From positions 8,425-72,424 of the forward strand of contig VGUJ01000004.1 of the NCBI GenBank assembly GCA_016874235.1: 64,000 nucleotides of DNA. The letters are read 5' to 3'. Numbering within the stretch: the stretch's first letter is position 1; each line of letters begins with the position of its first letter. Positions 1 through 13,363 of the stretch are shown here, piece by piece. The notes under the pieces are model-generated. The model searched no databases. It had not been told where the DNA came from and was given only the letters and a program-made list of their open reading frames with translations. Position numbers and translations under genes: made by a program. This DNA comes from Gammaproteobacteria bacterium. Its GTDB lineage: Bacteria > Pseudomonadota > Gammaproteobacteria > Steroidobacterales > Steroidobacteraceae.

Positions 1-279
1 ACTGATCTGGTAGCCCTTGGGCAAATCGGGATAAAAATAATTCTTGCGAGCGAACACCGAGTGCGGCGCGATGCGCGCACCGATGGCAAGACCGAAACGC
101 ACGGCCATGCGCACCGCTTCGCCGTTGAGCACCGGCAAGACCCCCGGATAGCCGAGGTCGACCAGATTTGCCTGAGTGTTGGGTTCGGCGCCATAAGCCG
201 TTGCCGAACCCGAGAAAATCTTTGAGCGGGTGGCGAGCTGCGCGTGAATCTCAAGACCGATGACAGTTTCCCATTCCAT
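1..279 (-). CDS. gatB: Asp/Glu-tRNA amidotransferase subunit B, N-terminal part (gene runs off the window start)
   Basis: Reverse translation from ATG at 279 reads [17 protein letters not shown]..., the conserved GatB N-terminus. It lies directly downstream of gatA in gatC-A-B order. Not in the ORF track because it has no stop inside the window. Confidence 0.9.
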   Translation of the reverse strand, partial: MEWETVIGLEIHAQLATRSKIFSGSATAYGAEPNTQANLVDLGYPGVLPVLNGEAVRMAVRFGLAIGARIAPHSVFARKNYFYPDLPKGYQIS

Positions 280-288
280 GGCGGAACC

Positions 289-1749
289 TCAGGCGAACGC
301 CGACGGCGTCTTGAGATGCCAATCGGTCTCCTGCTGGTAGCGATGCGCCACATTGAGCATGCGCGCCTCGGAGAAGTGCGGGCCGACAATCTGCAAGCCG
401 ATCGGCAAGCCGTCGACAAATCCGCAAGGGATCGACATACCGGGCAGCCCTGCGAGGTTGGCGCCGATGGTGTAGATGTCGTTTAGGTACATGGTGATCG
501 GATCGTCGCACTTGGCGCCGATGCGGAACGCGGGTGTCGGTGTGGTCGGCCCGAAGAGCAGATCACATTCTTTGAAAGCACGCGCGAAATCGGCACTGAT
601 GAGTTGCCGAACGCGCTGCGCCTTGAGGTAATAGGCGTCGTAGTAACCCGCCGAGAGCACGTAAGTGCCCGTCATGATGCGACGCTTCACTTCGGCGCCG
701 AACCCTTCGCCGCGCGAGCGGCAATAGAGATCGAGCAAATTCTTGGGTGAGTCGCAGCGATGACCGAAGCGCACACCATCGAAGCGCGCGAGGTTGGATG
801 AACACTCCGCCGGCGCGACCACGTAATAAGTGGGCACGGAGAGCGGCAGATTGGGGCAGCTCACCTCGCGAACTTTGGCGCCGAGCTTTTCGTAGACCGC
901 GATCGCGTCGCGAATGCGCTGTTCGCAGGCGGCATCGAGTCCCTTGTCGAAGAACTCGCGCACGAGACCGATGGTGAGTCCCTGCAGGGAGTCGCCGAGC
1001 GTGGCGGTGTAGTCAGGAACCGGCGAGTCGACGCTGGTCGAATCACGCGGATCAAAACCCGACATCGGACCGAGCAGCAGCGCGGCGTCCTCAGCGCTCA
1101 CCGTGATGAGCCCCGCCTGATCGAGGCTCGAGGCAAAGGCGATCATGCCGTAGCGACTACAGCGGCCATAGGTGGGCTTGATACCCGTGACACCGCAGAG
1201 CGCCGCAGGCTGGCGAATGGAGCCGCCCGTGTCGGTGGCCGTTGCCGCAGGCACGATGCGCGCTGCAACCGATGCGGCAGACCCGCCCGAGGAACCACCG
1301 GGAACCATTTGGGTATCCCAGGGATTGCGAACCGGTCCGAAGTGGCTCGTCTCGTTGGACGACCCCATGGCGAACTCGTCCATGTTTAGCTTGCCGAGCA
1401 TGACGGTGCCGGCCGCCCGCAAAGCCGAGACGATCGTCGCGTCGTAAGGCGAGACGAAGTTGCCGAGCATCTTGGAGCCGCAGGTCGTGAGTACGCCTTC
1501 GGTACAGAAGATGTCCTTGTGTCCGATCGGTACGCCCGTCAGTCGACCGGCGCGCCCCGCCGCGCGAGCCGCATCGGCCTCGGCCGCCGCCTTCAGGGCA
1601 GACTCGCCGGTGACCGTGATGAAGGCGTTGAGCGAGGGCTGGGCTGCAGCAATGCGCTCGAGATACGCGCGGGTGAGCTCGACGCTCGAAAACGCGCCCT
1701 CGGCGAGACCGCGAGCAAGCGCCGCGACGGTGGGGGCCGGGGCGCTCAT
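289..1749 (-). CDS. gatA: Glu-tRNA(Gln) amidotransferase subunit A (amidase signature family)
   Basis: 486 aa with the amidase signature GGSSGGSAA. Confidence 0.97.
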   Translation of the reverse strand: MSAPAPTVAALARGLAEGAFSSVELTRAYLERIAAAQPSLNAFITVTGESALKAAAEADAARAAGRAGRLTGVPIGHKDIFCTEGVLTTCGSKMLGNFVSPYDATIVSALRAAGTVMLGKLNMDEFAMGSSNETSHFGPVRNPWDTQMVPGGSSGGSAASVAARIVPAATATDTGGSIRQPAALCGVTGIKPTYGRCSRYGMIAFASSLDQAGLITVSAEDAALLLGPMSGFDPRDSTSVDSPVPDYTATLGDSLQGLTIGLVREFFDKGLDAACEQRIRDAIAVYEKLGAKVREVSCPNLPLSVPTYYVVAPAECSSNLARFDGVRFGHRCDSPKNLLDLYCRSRGEGFGAEVKRRIMTGTYVLSAGYYDAYYLKAQRVRQLISADFARAFKECDLLFGPTTPTPAFRIGAKCDDPITMYLNDIYTIGANLAGLPGMSIPCGFVDGLPIGLQIVGPHFSEARMLNVAHRYQQETDWHLKTPSAFA

Positions 1750-2036
1750 TCGATCACCTTCGGGACAAGGTAGAGACCCGCTTCGACCTTGGGCGCGTTC
1801 TGTTGGAAGGTATCGCGACGGTTGGTCTCGGTGACCTCGTCGGCTCGCAGGCGCTGGGCCAACCCGGGCATGGGATGCGCCATCGGATCGATGCCGGCCG
1901 TCGGGGCCCGATCGAGCTCGCCGACGAAGGCGAAGATCTTGGAGAGGGAGTCGACGTAGACCGGGATTTCGGCCTCGGTCAACTCGAGGCGCGCAAGGCG
2001 CGCGATGTTTTCGATGTCTGCGCGGGTGAGGCTCAT
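1746..2036 (-). CDS. gatC: Glu-tRNA(Gln) amidotransferase subunit C
   Basis: 96 aa starting [23 protein letters not shown], typical GatC. Its stop overlaps the gatA start by 4 nt. Confidence 0.95.
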   Translation of the reverse strand: MSLTRADIENIARLARLELTEAEIPVYVDSLSKIFAFVGELDRAPTAGIDPMAHPMPGLAQRLRADEVTETNRRDTFQQNAPKVEAGLYLVPKVIE

Positions 2037-2064
2037 AGGCGGCTTGGAATCATACCATCGTTGC

Positions 2065-4086
<2,022 letters not shown>

Positions 4087-4090
<4 letters not shown>

Positions 4091-4563
4091 TCGGCGCAAC
4101 CGCTCGTCGCAGACTCATCCTCTCAACGCTCGCCGCGTTCGTGCTGCAGGTGGTGCCTCTACCGTGGTGGCTCGCCATCGTACGGCCTCCTCTCGCGGTG
4201 ATCGTCGTGATCTTCTGGTCGCTGATCGCCCCGCGCATCGGCGGTATCGGCCTCGCGTTCCTCGTCGGCCTCGCGCTCGACGTGTATCACGGCGTGATCT
4301 TTGGTCAGCACGCGCTCGCACTCTCGTTCGTCGCGTACGTCGCGATTCGGCAACACCTCCTCGTCAGAAACAAACCGCTCTTCGAGCAGACGCTGTTTGC
4401 AGGCGGCTTGTTGTTCGCGTTCGAAGCGATCACCTGGGCGGTGGATGGTTGGACCGGCAACGCGACGGGCAGCTGGACTCGCTGGCTGCCCGTCGTCACG
4501 GGCGCCCTGCTCTGGCCGCTGACCTCGGCCTGGCAGGCGAGCGAAAATCGCGCTCGTCGCTGA
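4087..4563 (+). CDS. mreD: Rod shape-determining protein MreD
   Basis: 158-aa polytopic membrane protein. ATGA overlap with the mreC stop. Confidence 0.9.
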
Positions 4564-4589
4564 CGAGCCGTCACGGAACGCCCTCGATC

Positions 4590-6524
4590 ATGAGCACCCG
4601 CGGACGAATCAAAGATTTCTGGCGCGAGCAGCGTATCTTCGAGCAGCGCGCGCTCGCCGCCTCGATCATCGTGAGCGCGTTGGCCATCGTGCTTTTCGGG
4701 CGTTTGATTTGGCTGCAGATCGTAAAGTACGACGAGTACACCGATCTTGCGCAAGGAAACCGTGTGCGTATCGAGCCGCAACCTGCACCCCGCGGCATCA
4801 TCTACGACCGTAACGGCGAGATCCTCGCCGAGAACAAACCCGCGTATCAGCTCGAACTCGTCCCCGAGGAAGTCCCGAATCTCGACGCGACGCTTCGGGA
4901 GCTCGTCAAAATCGGTCTCATCGAACAAGACGACCTCGATGATGTCCGCCGTACCATCCGGTCGCGTCGCCCCTTCGACAGCGTACCGATCCGGCTCTTC
5001 CTCAACGACGATGACATGGCGCGCTTCGCCGTCAGTCGACACGACTTTCCCGGCGTAGATATCCGCACTCGACTCGCCAGAAGTTACCCACACGGCGAAA
5101 CAGCCGTGCATGCACTGGGGTATGTCGGTTCTATTTCGGCCAGTGACCTCGAACGTATCGATCGTGAGCAATATGCGGGTAGCTCCACCATCGGCAAGGT
5201 GGGCGTAGAAGCCGCTTTCGAAGACGTACTGCGCGGTCGAAACGGGCGGCGGGAAATCATGGTGAACGCACGGGGTCGCTCGGTCGACAAGGCGGGCGGG
5301 CTCGAAGCCATGCGCGATACGATTCCGGGTGATCCGGGCAGCGATTTATTGCTCACGCTCGATTTCGAAGTGCAACGTGTCGCAGAAGACTTGGTTCGCG
5401 ATCAACGAGCGGCGATCGTCGCTCTCGATCCGAATAACGGGGATGTGCTGGCACTCGTCAGTCGGCCGGGGTTCGACCCGAACATGTTCGCCCGCGGACT
5501 CACTCGTGCAGAGTTTCGCGCGCTCAATGAAAACCCAGATCGCCCGCTGTTCAATCGCGCTCTGAGAGGCACCTATCCACCGGGCTCCACCATCAAGCCG
5601 GTCGTCGCACTCGCCGGTCTCACCTACGGCATCACCGAACCTCTCGCGCCCCACTACTGCGTAGGCTACTTCTCGTTACCGGGCAGCAGTCACCGTTTCC
5701 GCGATTGGAAACCCAAAGGCCACGGCCCTACCGATCTGCGCAGCGCGATCGCCCAGTCCTGCGATACCTATTTTTATGACATGTCCACTCGACTCGGCGT
5801 GCGGCGTTTGCATGACTTCCTCGCCGAGTTTGGTCTCGGCGAACCCACGGGTATCGATGTCGGCGGAGAGAAGGCCGGCATCCTTCCCTCGCCCGAGTGG
5901 AAAAAACAGGCGTTCCGCAAGCGTAGCGACCAGGTCTGGTTCCCGGGCGAGACCGTAATCTTCAGCATCGGACAGGGTTATATGACGAGCACGCCGATCC
6001 AGCTCGCTCACATGACCGCCATCCTCGCGACGCGCGGTCAAAATTTTCAGCCGCGTCTCGTCCGCGCTCTGCGCGATCCGGAAACTCAGAAGGTGACCGA
6101 GCTCGCGCCAAAGCCTCTACCGAAACCGAATGCAGGCAAACTCGAAGACTGGGATCGCGTCGTCGACGGCATGCTCGCCGTGATGCAAGGTGGCACCGCC
6201 ACAAGCTCGGCCATTGGCGCGCCTTACACGATCGCGGGCAAGACAGGGACCGCGCAGGTCTTTACCGTTGCCCAAAATCAGCGCTATAACGAAGCGGCGA
6301 TTTCTGAACGCTTGCGTGACCATGCTTGGTTCGTAGCGTTCGCACCCGCGGAGGCGCCCAAGATCGCGATCGCCGTCATCGTCGAAAACGGCCGCAGCGG
6401 CAGCGGCACGGCGGCGCCGATCGCTCGAAAGATCATGGATGCCTATTTGCTGCGTAAGTTTCCGGCGGTACGCGACGATAAGGTGGCGAGCCCTTCGCCA
6501 AGCGGCGATTTTTCGGAGGAATAA
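4590..6524 (+). CDS. mrdA: Penicillin-binding protein 2 (elongasome transpeptidase)
   Basis: The track ORF 4014..6524 was trimmed to the in-frame ATG at 4590 (MSTRGRIKDFWREQRIF..., then a TM segment). STIKP active-site motif and KTGTAQ box. The upstream 192 codons overlap mreC/mreD and are Arg/Pro-rich. Confidence 0.93.
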   Translation: MSTRGRIKDFWREQRIFEQRALAASIIVSALAIVLFGRLIWLQIVKYDEYTDLAQGNRVRIEPQPAPRGIIYDRNGEILAENKPAYQLELVPEEVPNLDATLRELVKIGLIEQDDLDDVRRTIRSRRPFDSVPIRLFLNDDDMARFAVSRHDFPGVDIRTRLARSYPHGETAVHALGYVGSISASDLERIDREQYAGSSTIGKVGVEAAFEDVLRGRNGRREIMVNARGRSVDKAGGLEAMRDTIPGDPGSDLLLTLDFEVQRVAEDLVRDQRAAIVALDPNNGDVLALVSRPGFDPNMFARGLTRAEFRALNENPDRPLFNRALRGTYPPGSTIKPVVALAGLTYGITEPLAPHYCVGYFSLPGSSHRFRDWKPKGHGPTDLRSAIAQSCDTYFYDMSTRLGVRRLHDFLAEFGLGEPTGIDVGGEKAGILPSPEWKKQAFRKRSDQVWFPGETVIFSIGQGYMTSTPIQLAHMTAILATRGQNFQPRLVRALRDPETQKVTELAPKPLPKPNAGKLEDWDRVVDGMLAVMQGGTATSSAIGAPYTIAGKTGTAQVFTVAQNQRYNEAAISERLRDHAWFVAFAPAEAPKIAIAVIVENGRSGSGTAAPIARKIMDAYLLRKFPAVRDDKVASPSPSGDFSEE

Positions 6525-7654
6525 TGCTGCGCGAAGACGTCGACAGCACGACTCAAAGAACGCTGACCCGCACGACTCAACTGCTCGGCAGCCTGCGTCT
6601 CGATGGCCCTTTGCTTGCCGGCCTCGCTGCCATCGCACTCTTTGGTCAATTCATCCTCTACAGCACCTCGGGCGGCGATTGGGAATCGGTGCTGCGCGGC
6701 AGTACCCGACTCGCGATCGGCGCCCTGCTGATGCTCGTGCTGGCGCAGGTGCGTCCGGGGTTTTTACGCCGCCTGACACCGTGGCTCTACATCACGGGAC
6801 TCTTACTCCTCATCATCGTCGACGCGATCGGTTACGTCGGCAAAGGCGCACAGCGTTGGCTCGACCTCGGATTCATTCGCTTCCAGCCCTCCGAGCTCAT
6901 GAAGCTCGCCGTGCCCATGGCCTGCGCTTGGATCTTGCGCGAACGCCCTCTGCCCCCCGACCCGCGCACTCTTGGATTGCTCGCTGGCGTGATCCTCGTT
7001 CCAACGGCGCTCACGATCGTTCAACCTGACCTCGGCACGGGGTTATTGATCTTGACCGCAGGACTCATCGTGGTGCTGCTCGCGGGATTACAGATCCGTT
7101 ACATCGTGATGCTCGGCGTCGGGAGCGTCGCGGCGGCAGCCATCGGCTGGTCTTTTCTTCATGATTACCAGCGGCAGCGTGTCCTGACGTTTCTCGATCC
7201 GCAGACCGATCCGCTCGGCTCGGGTTATCACATCATCCAATCCATTATCGCCATCGGCTCAGGCGGGATTTTTGGCAAGGGATATCTTCAGGGCTCTCAG
7301 GGTCAGCTCGAGTTCCTGCCCGAACGTACCACCGACTTTGTATTCGCCGTGGTGGGCGAGGAACTCGGCCTCATCGGTGCGCTCGTGCTGATCGGGCTGT
7401 ATGTGTTCGTCGTGTTGAGAGCGATCTTCCTCGCCTCGCAAATGCGAGACACTTTCGCGCGCCTATTGTCCGGCAGCCTCGCCGCGACGTTCTTTGTGTA
7501 CGTCTTCATCAACGCTGGCATGGTCAGTGGCCTGCTCCCCGTCGTCGGCGTGCCACTGCCGCTCGTCAGTTATGGCGGAACGTCCATGGTGACCCTGTTG
7601 GCGGGCTTCGGTATGCTCATGTCGTTATACGCCAACCGAAAACTCGCAGCCTGA
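6524..7654 (+). CDS. rodA: SEDS peptidoglycan polymerase RodA
   Basis: 376-aa polytopic membrane protein. GGAGGA lies upstream and a TAATG overlap joins it to the mrdA stop. C-terminal PLPLVSYGGTSM motif. Confidence 0.95.
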   Translation: MLREDVDSTTQRTLTRTTQLLGSLRLDGPLLAGLAAIALFGQFILYSTSGGDWESVLRGSTRLAIGALLMLVLAQVRPGFLRRLTPWLYITGLLLLIIVDAIGYVGKGAQRWLDLGFIRFQPSELMKLAVPMACAWILRERPLPPDPRTLGLLAGVILVPTALTIVQPDLGTGLLILTAGLIVVLLAGLQIRYIVMLGVGSVAAAAIGWSFLHDYQRQRVLTFLDPQTDPLGSGYHIIQSIIAIGSGGIFGKGYLQGSQGQLEFLPERTTDFVFAVVGEELGLIGALVLIGLYVFVVLRAIFLASQMRDTFARLLSGSLAATFFVYVFINAGMVSGLLPVVGVPLPLVSYGGTSMVTLLAGFGMLMSLYANRKLAA

Positions 7655-8895
7655 TGAAACACGCCCAAGGCGCTCTTTGCACATGCTCGTTCTATCCCAT
7701 CCTCGTTACGCTCTTCGCGCTCACCGCCTGCGTCGCGCCGCCTAAAAAAAATGCGGCGGCTCAGCATTCATCCGGCACCACCGCCTCCGCTGTCGGGAGC
7801 TCATCCGCTGCCGTACACGTAGCGAGTCAACCCAGTGGCACAGGCTCGACGGCCTCAGCGAACCCGTCGACGCCGCCAACCGCCCCGGTGCCCCCCGCCG
7901 AGCCGACACCCTTCGATCTCGAGCGCGAAGATATCCGCGCATTCATCGCCGAGACCTCAAAGAAACACGGCATGTCGGAGAGCGACATTCGGGCTCTGTT
8001 GTCGCAGGGGTTGTTTCAGCCTCGTATCATCGCGGCCATTACGCGACCTGCCGAAACCGTCTTGCGTTGGTGGGAATACAGCCATCGTCTCGTGACGCCC
8101 GAACGCATCGCCCGAGGCGTCGAGTTCGCGATAGAACACCGCACTCGGCTCGATGCCGCGCACTCGAAGACCGGCGTATCGCCCGCGTACATCGCCGCCA
8201 TCATCGGCATCGAAACCAATTACGGTCGCAACAAGGGTTCCTGGCGAGTACTCGATGCACTCATGACGCTGGGGTTCGATTATCCGCCGCGAGGCCGTTT
8301 CTTCCGCTCCGAGCTCGAGCAGTTTCTGCTACTCGTCCGCGAGGAATCCCTCGATCCAACCGCGACCCTCGGCTCGTACGCGGGGGCCATGGGTGCGCCG
8401 CAGTTCATGCCTTCGAGCTATCGACGCTTCGCTGTCAACGGTACGCTCGATGGTGCGATCGATACGCGTCGCGACCTTTTTTTGCAGTGGGATGACGTCA
8501 TCAGCAGCGTCGCGAACTATTTTTCGGTCCACGGCTGGGAGCGCGATGCGCCCGTGCTGCTGGAGGCGGTGGCGAGCCCAGAGACGCTCGCCACCGTGAT
8601 GCCGACGCTCGAGCGTCGCAATCTCGATCTCAATCAAACCGCAGGCGGCGCCCGTGGCCTCGGTTTCACGCTGCCCGAGTCGATCGCCGATGACACGAAG
8701 CTGATCCTCGTTCCGGCTGAGCTCGCCGATCGTCCGAACGTTCGGGTGGGGCTACGTAACTTTCACGTGATCACCCGTTATAACCGCAGCATTCTCTACG
8801 CCATGGCCGTCCACGATCTTGCGATGGCTATCGAAACCGAACTCGCGCGGACACCTCCGCCCAACGTCGCTGCGGCCGTGAGCCGCACACCATGA
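7654..8895 (+). CDS. mltB: Lytic murein transglycosylase B
   Basis: 413 aa with a lipoprotein-like N-terminus (LTAC), an Ala/Pro/Ser linker, and MltB motifs IIGIETNYG and GAMGAPQFMPSSY. Confidence 0.9.
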   Translation: MKHAQGALCTCSFYPILVTLFALTACVAPPKKNAAAQHSSGTTASAVGSSSAAVHVASQPSGTGSTASANPSTPPTAPVPPAEPTPFDLEREDIRAFIAETSKKHGMSESDIRALLSQGLFQPRIIAAITRPAETVLRWWEYSHRLVTPERIARGVEFAIEHRTRLDAAHSKTGVSPAYIAAIIGIETNYGRNKGSWRVLDALMTLGFDYPPRGRFFRSELEQFLLLVREESLDPTATLGSYAGAMGAPQFMPSSYRRFAVNGTLDGAIDTRRDLFLQWDDVISSVANYFSVHGWERDAPVLLEAVASPETLATVMPTLERRNLDLNQTAGGARGLGFTLPESIADDTKLILVPAELADRPNVRVGLRNFHVITRYNRSILYAMAVHDLAMAIETELARTPPPNVAAAVSRTP

Positions 8896-9743
8896 TGACG
8901 CGTCGACTCGTTCTGCTTCTCACCCTGTTTGCGCTGCTGCTCCAGGGCTGCAGCCTGTTGCGGCGAGCACCCGAGCCAGGCGCCAAACCCGCGAGCCTTC
9001 CGAAGGGCGCACCCCGAAATCTCGACGCCATCCCCGATGCCGTCCCGCGAAAAGAGCCACGCAGTCGTTACGGCAACCCCGAGACGTATGAGGTCTTCGG
9101 TCGCACTTATCGCGTCAAGCGGAGCGCTAAGGGGCACGTGGAGCGCGGGATCGCTTCGTGGTACGGCCCGGGCTTCCATGCCGAGCGAACCTCGAGCGGC
9201 GAGCCCTACGACATGTATGCGATGACGGCGGCGCACAAAACCTTACCGATTCCGGTCTACGCACGCGTCACCAACCTCGAAAACGGTCGTTCGGTCGTCG
9301 TACGCATCAACGATCGAGGGCCTTTCGTCGGGGATCGCATCATCGATCTGTCTTACACCGCTGCGCACAAGCTCGACATGACGCGCAAAGGGACGGCGCT
9401 CGTCGAAATGCGGGTGATCGAGCCGGGCGACGACTCGCCACCGCCTGCCGTACCGCGACCCACGACGACCGCCAGCACTCGGCCGGCTCCCTCAAGTGAG
9501 ATCGGGGTCAGCTCGAGATTTTTACAGACCGGGTCCTTTTCGGCCCGAGCCAATGCCGAGGCGATGAGGCAACAACTCGCCGACTCAGGCATCCGTAATA
9601 CGCTCGTGCGAGAGGCGCAGATCGGCGATCGGACCGTTTTCCGAGTACAGGTGGGCCCCTTCGACGGAGCACTCGAGGCCGAGGACATGATCGAGCGTTT
9701 GCGGATCGCCGGGATCCCCGATGCACGTCCCGCTCACGACTAA
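8892..9743 (+). CDS. rlpA: Septal ring lytic transglycosylase RlpA (DPBB plus SPOR domains)
   Basis: 283 aa with a lipobox (LLQGC), a DPBB core (GIASWYGPGFHAERTSSGEPYDMYAMTAAHKTLPIP) and a C-terminal SPOR-like domain. Confidence 0.9.
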   Translation: MMTRRLVLLLTLFALLLQGCSLLRRAPEPGAKPASLPKGAPRNLDAIPDAVPRKEPRSRYGNPETYEVFGRTYRVKRSAKGHVERGIASWYGPGFHAERTSSGEPYDMYAMTAAHKTLPIPVYARVTNLENGRSVVVRINDRGPFVGDRIIDLSYTAAHKLDMTRKGTALVEMRVIEPGDDSPPPAVPRPTTTASTRPAPSSEIGVSSRFLQTGSFSARANAEAMRQQLADSGIRNTLVREAQIGDRTVFRVQVGPFDGALEAEDMIERLRIAGIPDARPAHD

Positions 9744-9798
9744 CGCGTTTACAATCTGCGCCTCTGAATCTTTCGTCAGACTTTGCAGGAGTCCAACC

Positions 9799-10947
9799 TT
9801 GTCGTTCACGCCTCGCTTCGCTGTTGCCGCCCTCTCCCTCTGGTCGTGCCTCGTCGGCGACGCCAGCGCCAATGTGCTGCCCGTTCCGCCTCCCCCAGGT
9901 ATCGAAGCGAGATCGTGGATCCTCGTCGATCACGCAAGCGGTCGACGTCTCGCGGGTGAAAATGAAGACACCCGAGTCGAACCGGCCAGCATCACCAAGG
10001 TGATGACGGCATACGTCGCGTTCAAAGCTCTCGCCGAGGGCCGACTCAAATTGCAAGAACCCGTCACCATCAGCGAACGTGCGTGGCGCGCCGAAGGCTC
10101 ACGTACCTTCTTGCAGGTGGGCGATAAAGTCCCTGTCGAAGTGCTGCTTCAAGGCATGATCGTTCAGTCAGGAAACGACGCCGCGATCGCCCTCGCCGAG
10201 CGACTCGCCGGCTCAGAGGAAACTTTCGCGCGCGTGATGACTGAGCAAGCCAAGGCTCTCGGCATGACCAACTCGAGTTTCGCAAATGCCACGGGTCTGC
10301 CAAACCCCGCGCTCTACACCACCGCCCGAGACATCGCGATTCTCGCGCGCGCGATGATTCGCGACTTTCCCCAGTACTACCGCTGGTACTCACAAAAAGA
10401 ATTCATCTGGAACAACATCCGTCAAGGAAATCGAAACGGCCTGCTCTATCGCGATCCGAGTGCCGACGGCATCAAGACCGGACATACCGACAGCGCTGGC
10501 TACTGCCTCGTGAGTTCGGCCCAGCGAAACGGCACGCGCATGATCTCCGCGGTGTTCGGAACCCAGTCGCCTAAGGTTCGTGAACAGGCGAGCGCTGCGC
10601 TGCTTAACTACGGCTTCGCGTTCTACGAAACCGTCACCTTGCGTAAAGCTGGCGAAATGGTGCTGCAACCGCGCGTGTACAAGGGTACGGAGCAATCCGT
10701 CGCCGTATCGCCGCAAATCAATGTCGGCGTCACGGTTGCTCGCGGCAACACCAGCAAACTTCGCGTGGCCACCTCGCTCAACGAGCCGCTCATCGCACCG
10801 CTCAAAGCCGGTCAACGTGTCGGCGAATTGACGGTGACGGACGGCGATACCGTCGTGCGTCGCGTACCACTCGTCGTCAGCCGTGAAGTCCCAGCCGGTG
10901 GAGTTTGGGCGCAGGCCCGCGACACGGTCTCACTCTGGTTTAGGTGA
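9799..10947 (+). CDS. D-alanyl-D-alanine carboxypeptidase (PBP5/6 family)
   Basis: SITK active-site motif, SGN and KTGHT boxes. I favour the TTG at 9799 (AGGAG 7 nt upstream; signal peptide MSFTPRFAVAALSLWSCLVGDASA) over the track start at 9721, which overlaps rlpA. Confidence 0.9.
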   Translation: MSFTPRFAVAALSLWSCLVGDASANVLPVPPPPGIEARSWILVDHASGRRLAGENEDTRVEPASITKVMTAYVAFKALAEGRLKLQEPVTISERAWRAEGSRTFLQVGDKVPVEVLLQGMIVQSGNDAAIALAERLAGSEETFARVMTEQAKALGMTNSSFANATGLPNPALYTTARDIAILARAMIRDFPQYYRWYSQKEFIWNNIRQGNRNGLLYRDPSADGIKTGHTDSAGYCLVSSAQRNGTRMISAVFGTQSPKVREQASAALLNYGFAFYETVTLRKAGEMVLQPRVYKGTEQSVAVSPQINVGVTVARGNTSKLRVATSLNEPLIAPLKAGQRVGELTVTDGDTVVRRVPLVVSREVPAGGVWAQARDTVSLWFR

Positions 10948-10950
10948 TCC

Positions 10951-11823
10951 ATGGGTGCCACTCTTCCGATCTGCTATCTCGACGGTGCGTGGTTGCCGAT
11001 CCACGAAGCGCGCATCTCGCCACTTGATCGCAGCTTCTTGTTCGGAGACGGCGTCTATGAGGTTGTGCCAGTTTTTTCCGGGCGGCCGTTCAGGTTCGTC
11101 GAGCACTTCGATCGGCTCACTCGCAGCTGTCACGCGCTACGAATGAAAGATCCGCACGATCGCGACGGGTGGCGCGCCATCGTTCGCGGATTGATGGAAC
11201 GAAATGGCGGCGGCGATATGTATGTGTACGCTCAAGTCTCTCGCGGCGCCGATACGGGTCGCTCTCACGCTCCGCTGCCCGATATCGCTCCGACGGTTTT
11301 CGGTTTCGCTGCGCCCCTGCCCAAACCGTCTGCCGAGCAGCTCGCTCGAGGACTCTCTTGCGTGACGGCACCCGACATCCGATGGGGTCGTTGCGACATC
11401 AAGTCGGTCGCCCTGCTCGGTAACGTGCTGCAACGTCAGCTGGGTTGCGATGCCGGCGCCGATGAGACCATCCTCTTGCGCGATGGCTGGATGATGGAAG
11501 CCACCGCCTCGACAGTTCACGTGATTTCCAAAGGGGTCATCGCCACACCTCCCAACTCGAATGCCATCCTGCCAGGCACGACGCGCAGTGTGGTGGAGGA
11601 GCTGGCCCATCGGCTCTCGATTCCCTGCGAGACGCGATTAGTCAAAGAATCCGAAATGCGAAATGCCGACGAAGTCTGGATCGCCTCGGCGACTCGCAAC
11701 GTTTCGGCCGTGACCCGCATCGATGGCCAACCGATCGGATCTGGCAAGCCGGGGCCCCTTTGGACGCGCATGTGGGATGGCTTCAGTGCGCTGCAGCGCG
11801 AGCTTGCGGATCAGCCCTGGTAA
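10951..11823 (+). CDS. Class IV (fold type IV) aminotransferase, D-amino-acid transaminase-like
   Basis: 290 aa; RSFLFGDGVYEV and ILPGTTR motifs of the D-amino-acid/branched-chain aminotransferase fold. Sits between the dac gene and ybeD. Confidence 0.8.
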   Translation: MGATLPICYLDGAWLPIHEARISPLDRSFLFGDGVYEVVPVFSGRPFRFVEHFDRLTRSCHALRMKDPHDRDGWRAIVRGLMERNGGGDMYVYAQVSRGADTGRSHAPLPDIAPTVFGFAAPLPKPSAEQLARGLSCVTAPDIRWGRCDIKSVALLGNVLQRQLGCDAGADETILLRDGWMMEATASTVHVISKGVIATPPNSNAILPGTTRSVVEELAHRLSIPCETRLVKESEMRNADEVWIASATRNVSAVTRIDGQPIGSGKPGPLWTRMWDGFSALQRELADQPW

Positions 11824-11837
11824 GCTGAGGGACGCAG

Positions 11838-12146
11838 ATGTCGGGTCAAGCCCAGAACGGAGAACCCCACGGCTCAGGCAGCGAATCCGCAGTGAGTCCG
11901 CTCGTCTTTCCGACCGACTATCCGATCAAGGTCGTGGGACGTAGCGAGCGCGGCCTGCGGATGCGCATCGATGCCGTCGTACTGCAACATGCACCGGATC
12001 TCGCGCCCGACCGAATCAGCGAACGAGCGAGCGGAGCGGGAAACTTCATCTCGATCACTTACGTGATCGTCGCGCAAAGTCGCGAGCAGGTGACGGCTCT
12101 CGTCGGAGCGCTAGTCGCCACCGAGGGCGTATTGATGGTGATCTGA
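11838..12146 (+). CDS. ybeD: DUF493 family protein YbeD
   Basis: 102 aa with the FPTDYPIKVVG motif. Conserved dac-ybeD-lip neighbourhood. Confidence 0.85.
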   Translation: MSGQAQNGEPHGSGSESAVSPLVFPTDYPIKVVGRSERGLRMRIDAVVLQHAPDLAPDRISERASGAGNFISITYVIVAQSREQVTALVGALVATEGVLMVI

Positions 12147-12152
12147 GCGTTC

Positions 12153-12731
12153 TCAGCGCCCGATCAACGATAAAAACTCTCGACGAGTATCCGCGTTGGT
12201 CTTGATCGATCCTCGCAGTGCCGACGTGACTGTCGCCGTACCAGTGTGACGCACACCACGAGATTCCATGCACATATGACGACACTCGATCACCACCGCC
12301 ACGCCAAGCGGCTGCAGGTGGGTATCGAGGGCATCCGCGATCTGGTTGGTCAGACGTTCCTGAACCTGCAGTCGGCGAGCGAAAATCTCGACGAGGCGGG
12401 AAATCTTTGAAAGGCCGAGGATGCGCTTGTCCGGCACGTAGCCGACATAGGCCTTGCCGAAAAACGGTGCGAGGTGGTGCTCGCAGAGCGAGTACACCGG
12501 GATATCGCGCACGATGACCATCTCGTCGACGCTCTGAGCGCCATCCTCGAACGACTTGAGGATGTCCTCGGGTCGCTCGCGATAACCGCGGGTGTATTCC
12601 TCCCAGGCTTTGAGGAAGCGCGCGGGTGTCTCGAGTAGCCCTTCGCGATCGGGGTCTTCGCCAATATAGGCAAGGAGACGACGAACGATCTCGATCTCTC
12701 TCTTTGACGGAACTGGTTTTGGAGGCGTCAT
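12153..12731 (-). CDS. folE: GTP cyclohydrolase I (type 1)
   Basis: 192 aa; [19 protein letters not shown] and ECRHMCM motifs. Confidence 0.93.
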   Translation of the reverse strand: MTPPKPVPSKREIEIVRRLLAYIGEDPDREGLLETPARFLKAWEEYTRGYRERPEDILKSFEDGAQSVDEMVIVRDIPVYSLCEHHLAPFFGKAYVGYVPDKRILGLSKISRLVEIFARRLQVQERLTNQIADALDTHLQPLGVAVVIECRHMCMESRGVRHTGTATVTSALRGSIKTNADTRREFLSLIGR

Positions 12732-13363
12732 GGGGCGGTCCTAGACAATAGGCGTTGCAGCACGTCGATCAGATCTGCAGCTACACGATCCAGCTCTGTC
12801 GGCGCACCGAGCGCCGCAAGCTGGGTCATCGCGAGCCCCTCATAGCCGCAGGGGTTGATGCGCTGAAACGGCTCCAAGTTCATGTCGACGTTCAACGCGA
12901 TTCCATGATAACTCGCACCGCGTCGCACCCGAATGCCGACACTCGCCAATTTGGCGCCGTCCACGTAAACACCTGGTGCCTTTGGCCGCGTAGTGGCCGA
13001 AACACCGTACTTCGCCACACAGTCGATCACCGACTGCTCGAGAGCCGTCACGAGGTCGCGCACCCCCAGACCTGCCCGCCGCAAATCGATGAGGGGGTAA
13101 ACGACCACCTGCCCCGGACCGTGATAGGTCACTTGGCCACCTCTATCGACTTTGACGACCGGGATGTCTCCTGCGGCGAGGACGTGCGCCGGATCGCCAT
13201 TCATGCCGAGCGTGAATACCGGCTCGTGCTCGAGTGCCCAGATTTCGTCCGGCGTGTCGGATCCTCGTTCGTCGGTGAATCGCTGCATCGCCTGCCACGT
13301 TGGCAGGTAAGCAACGCGTCCGAGCTTACGGACGAGCGGCGGCGTTGACGGCAAGCGCGGCAT
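12728..13363 (-). CDS. lipB: Octanoyltransferase LipB
   Basis: Trimmed to the ATG at 13363 ([26 protein letters not shown]). [12 protein letters not shown] motif. Stop overlaps the folE start (ATGA). The 5' end overlaps the lipA 3' end by 38 nt. Confidence 0.9.
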   Translation of the reverse strand: MPRLPSTPPLVRKLGRVAYLPTWQAMQRFTDERGSDTPDEIWALEHEPVFTLGMNGDPAHVLAAGDIPVVKVDRGGQVTYHGPGQVVVYPLIDLRRAGLGVRDLVTALEQSVIDCVAKYGVSATTRPKAPGVYVDGAKLASVGIRVRRGASYHGIALNVDMNLEPFQRINPCGYEGLAMTQLAALGAPTELDRVAADLIDVLQRLLSRTAP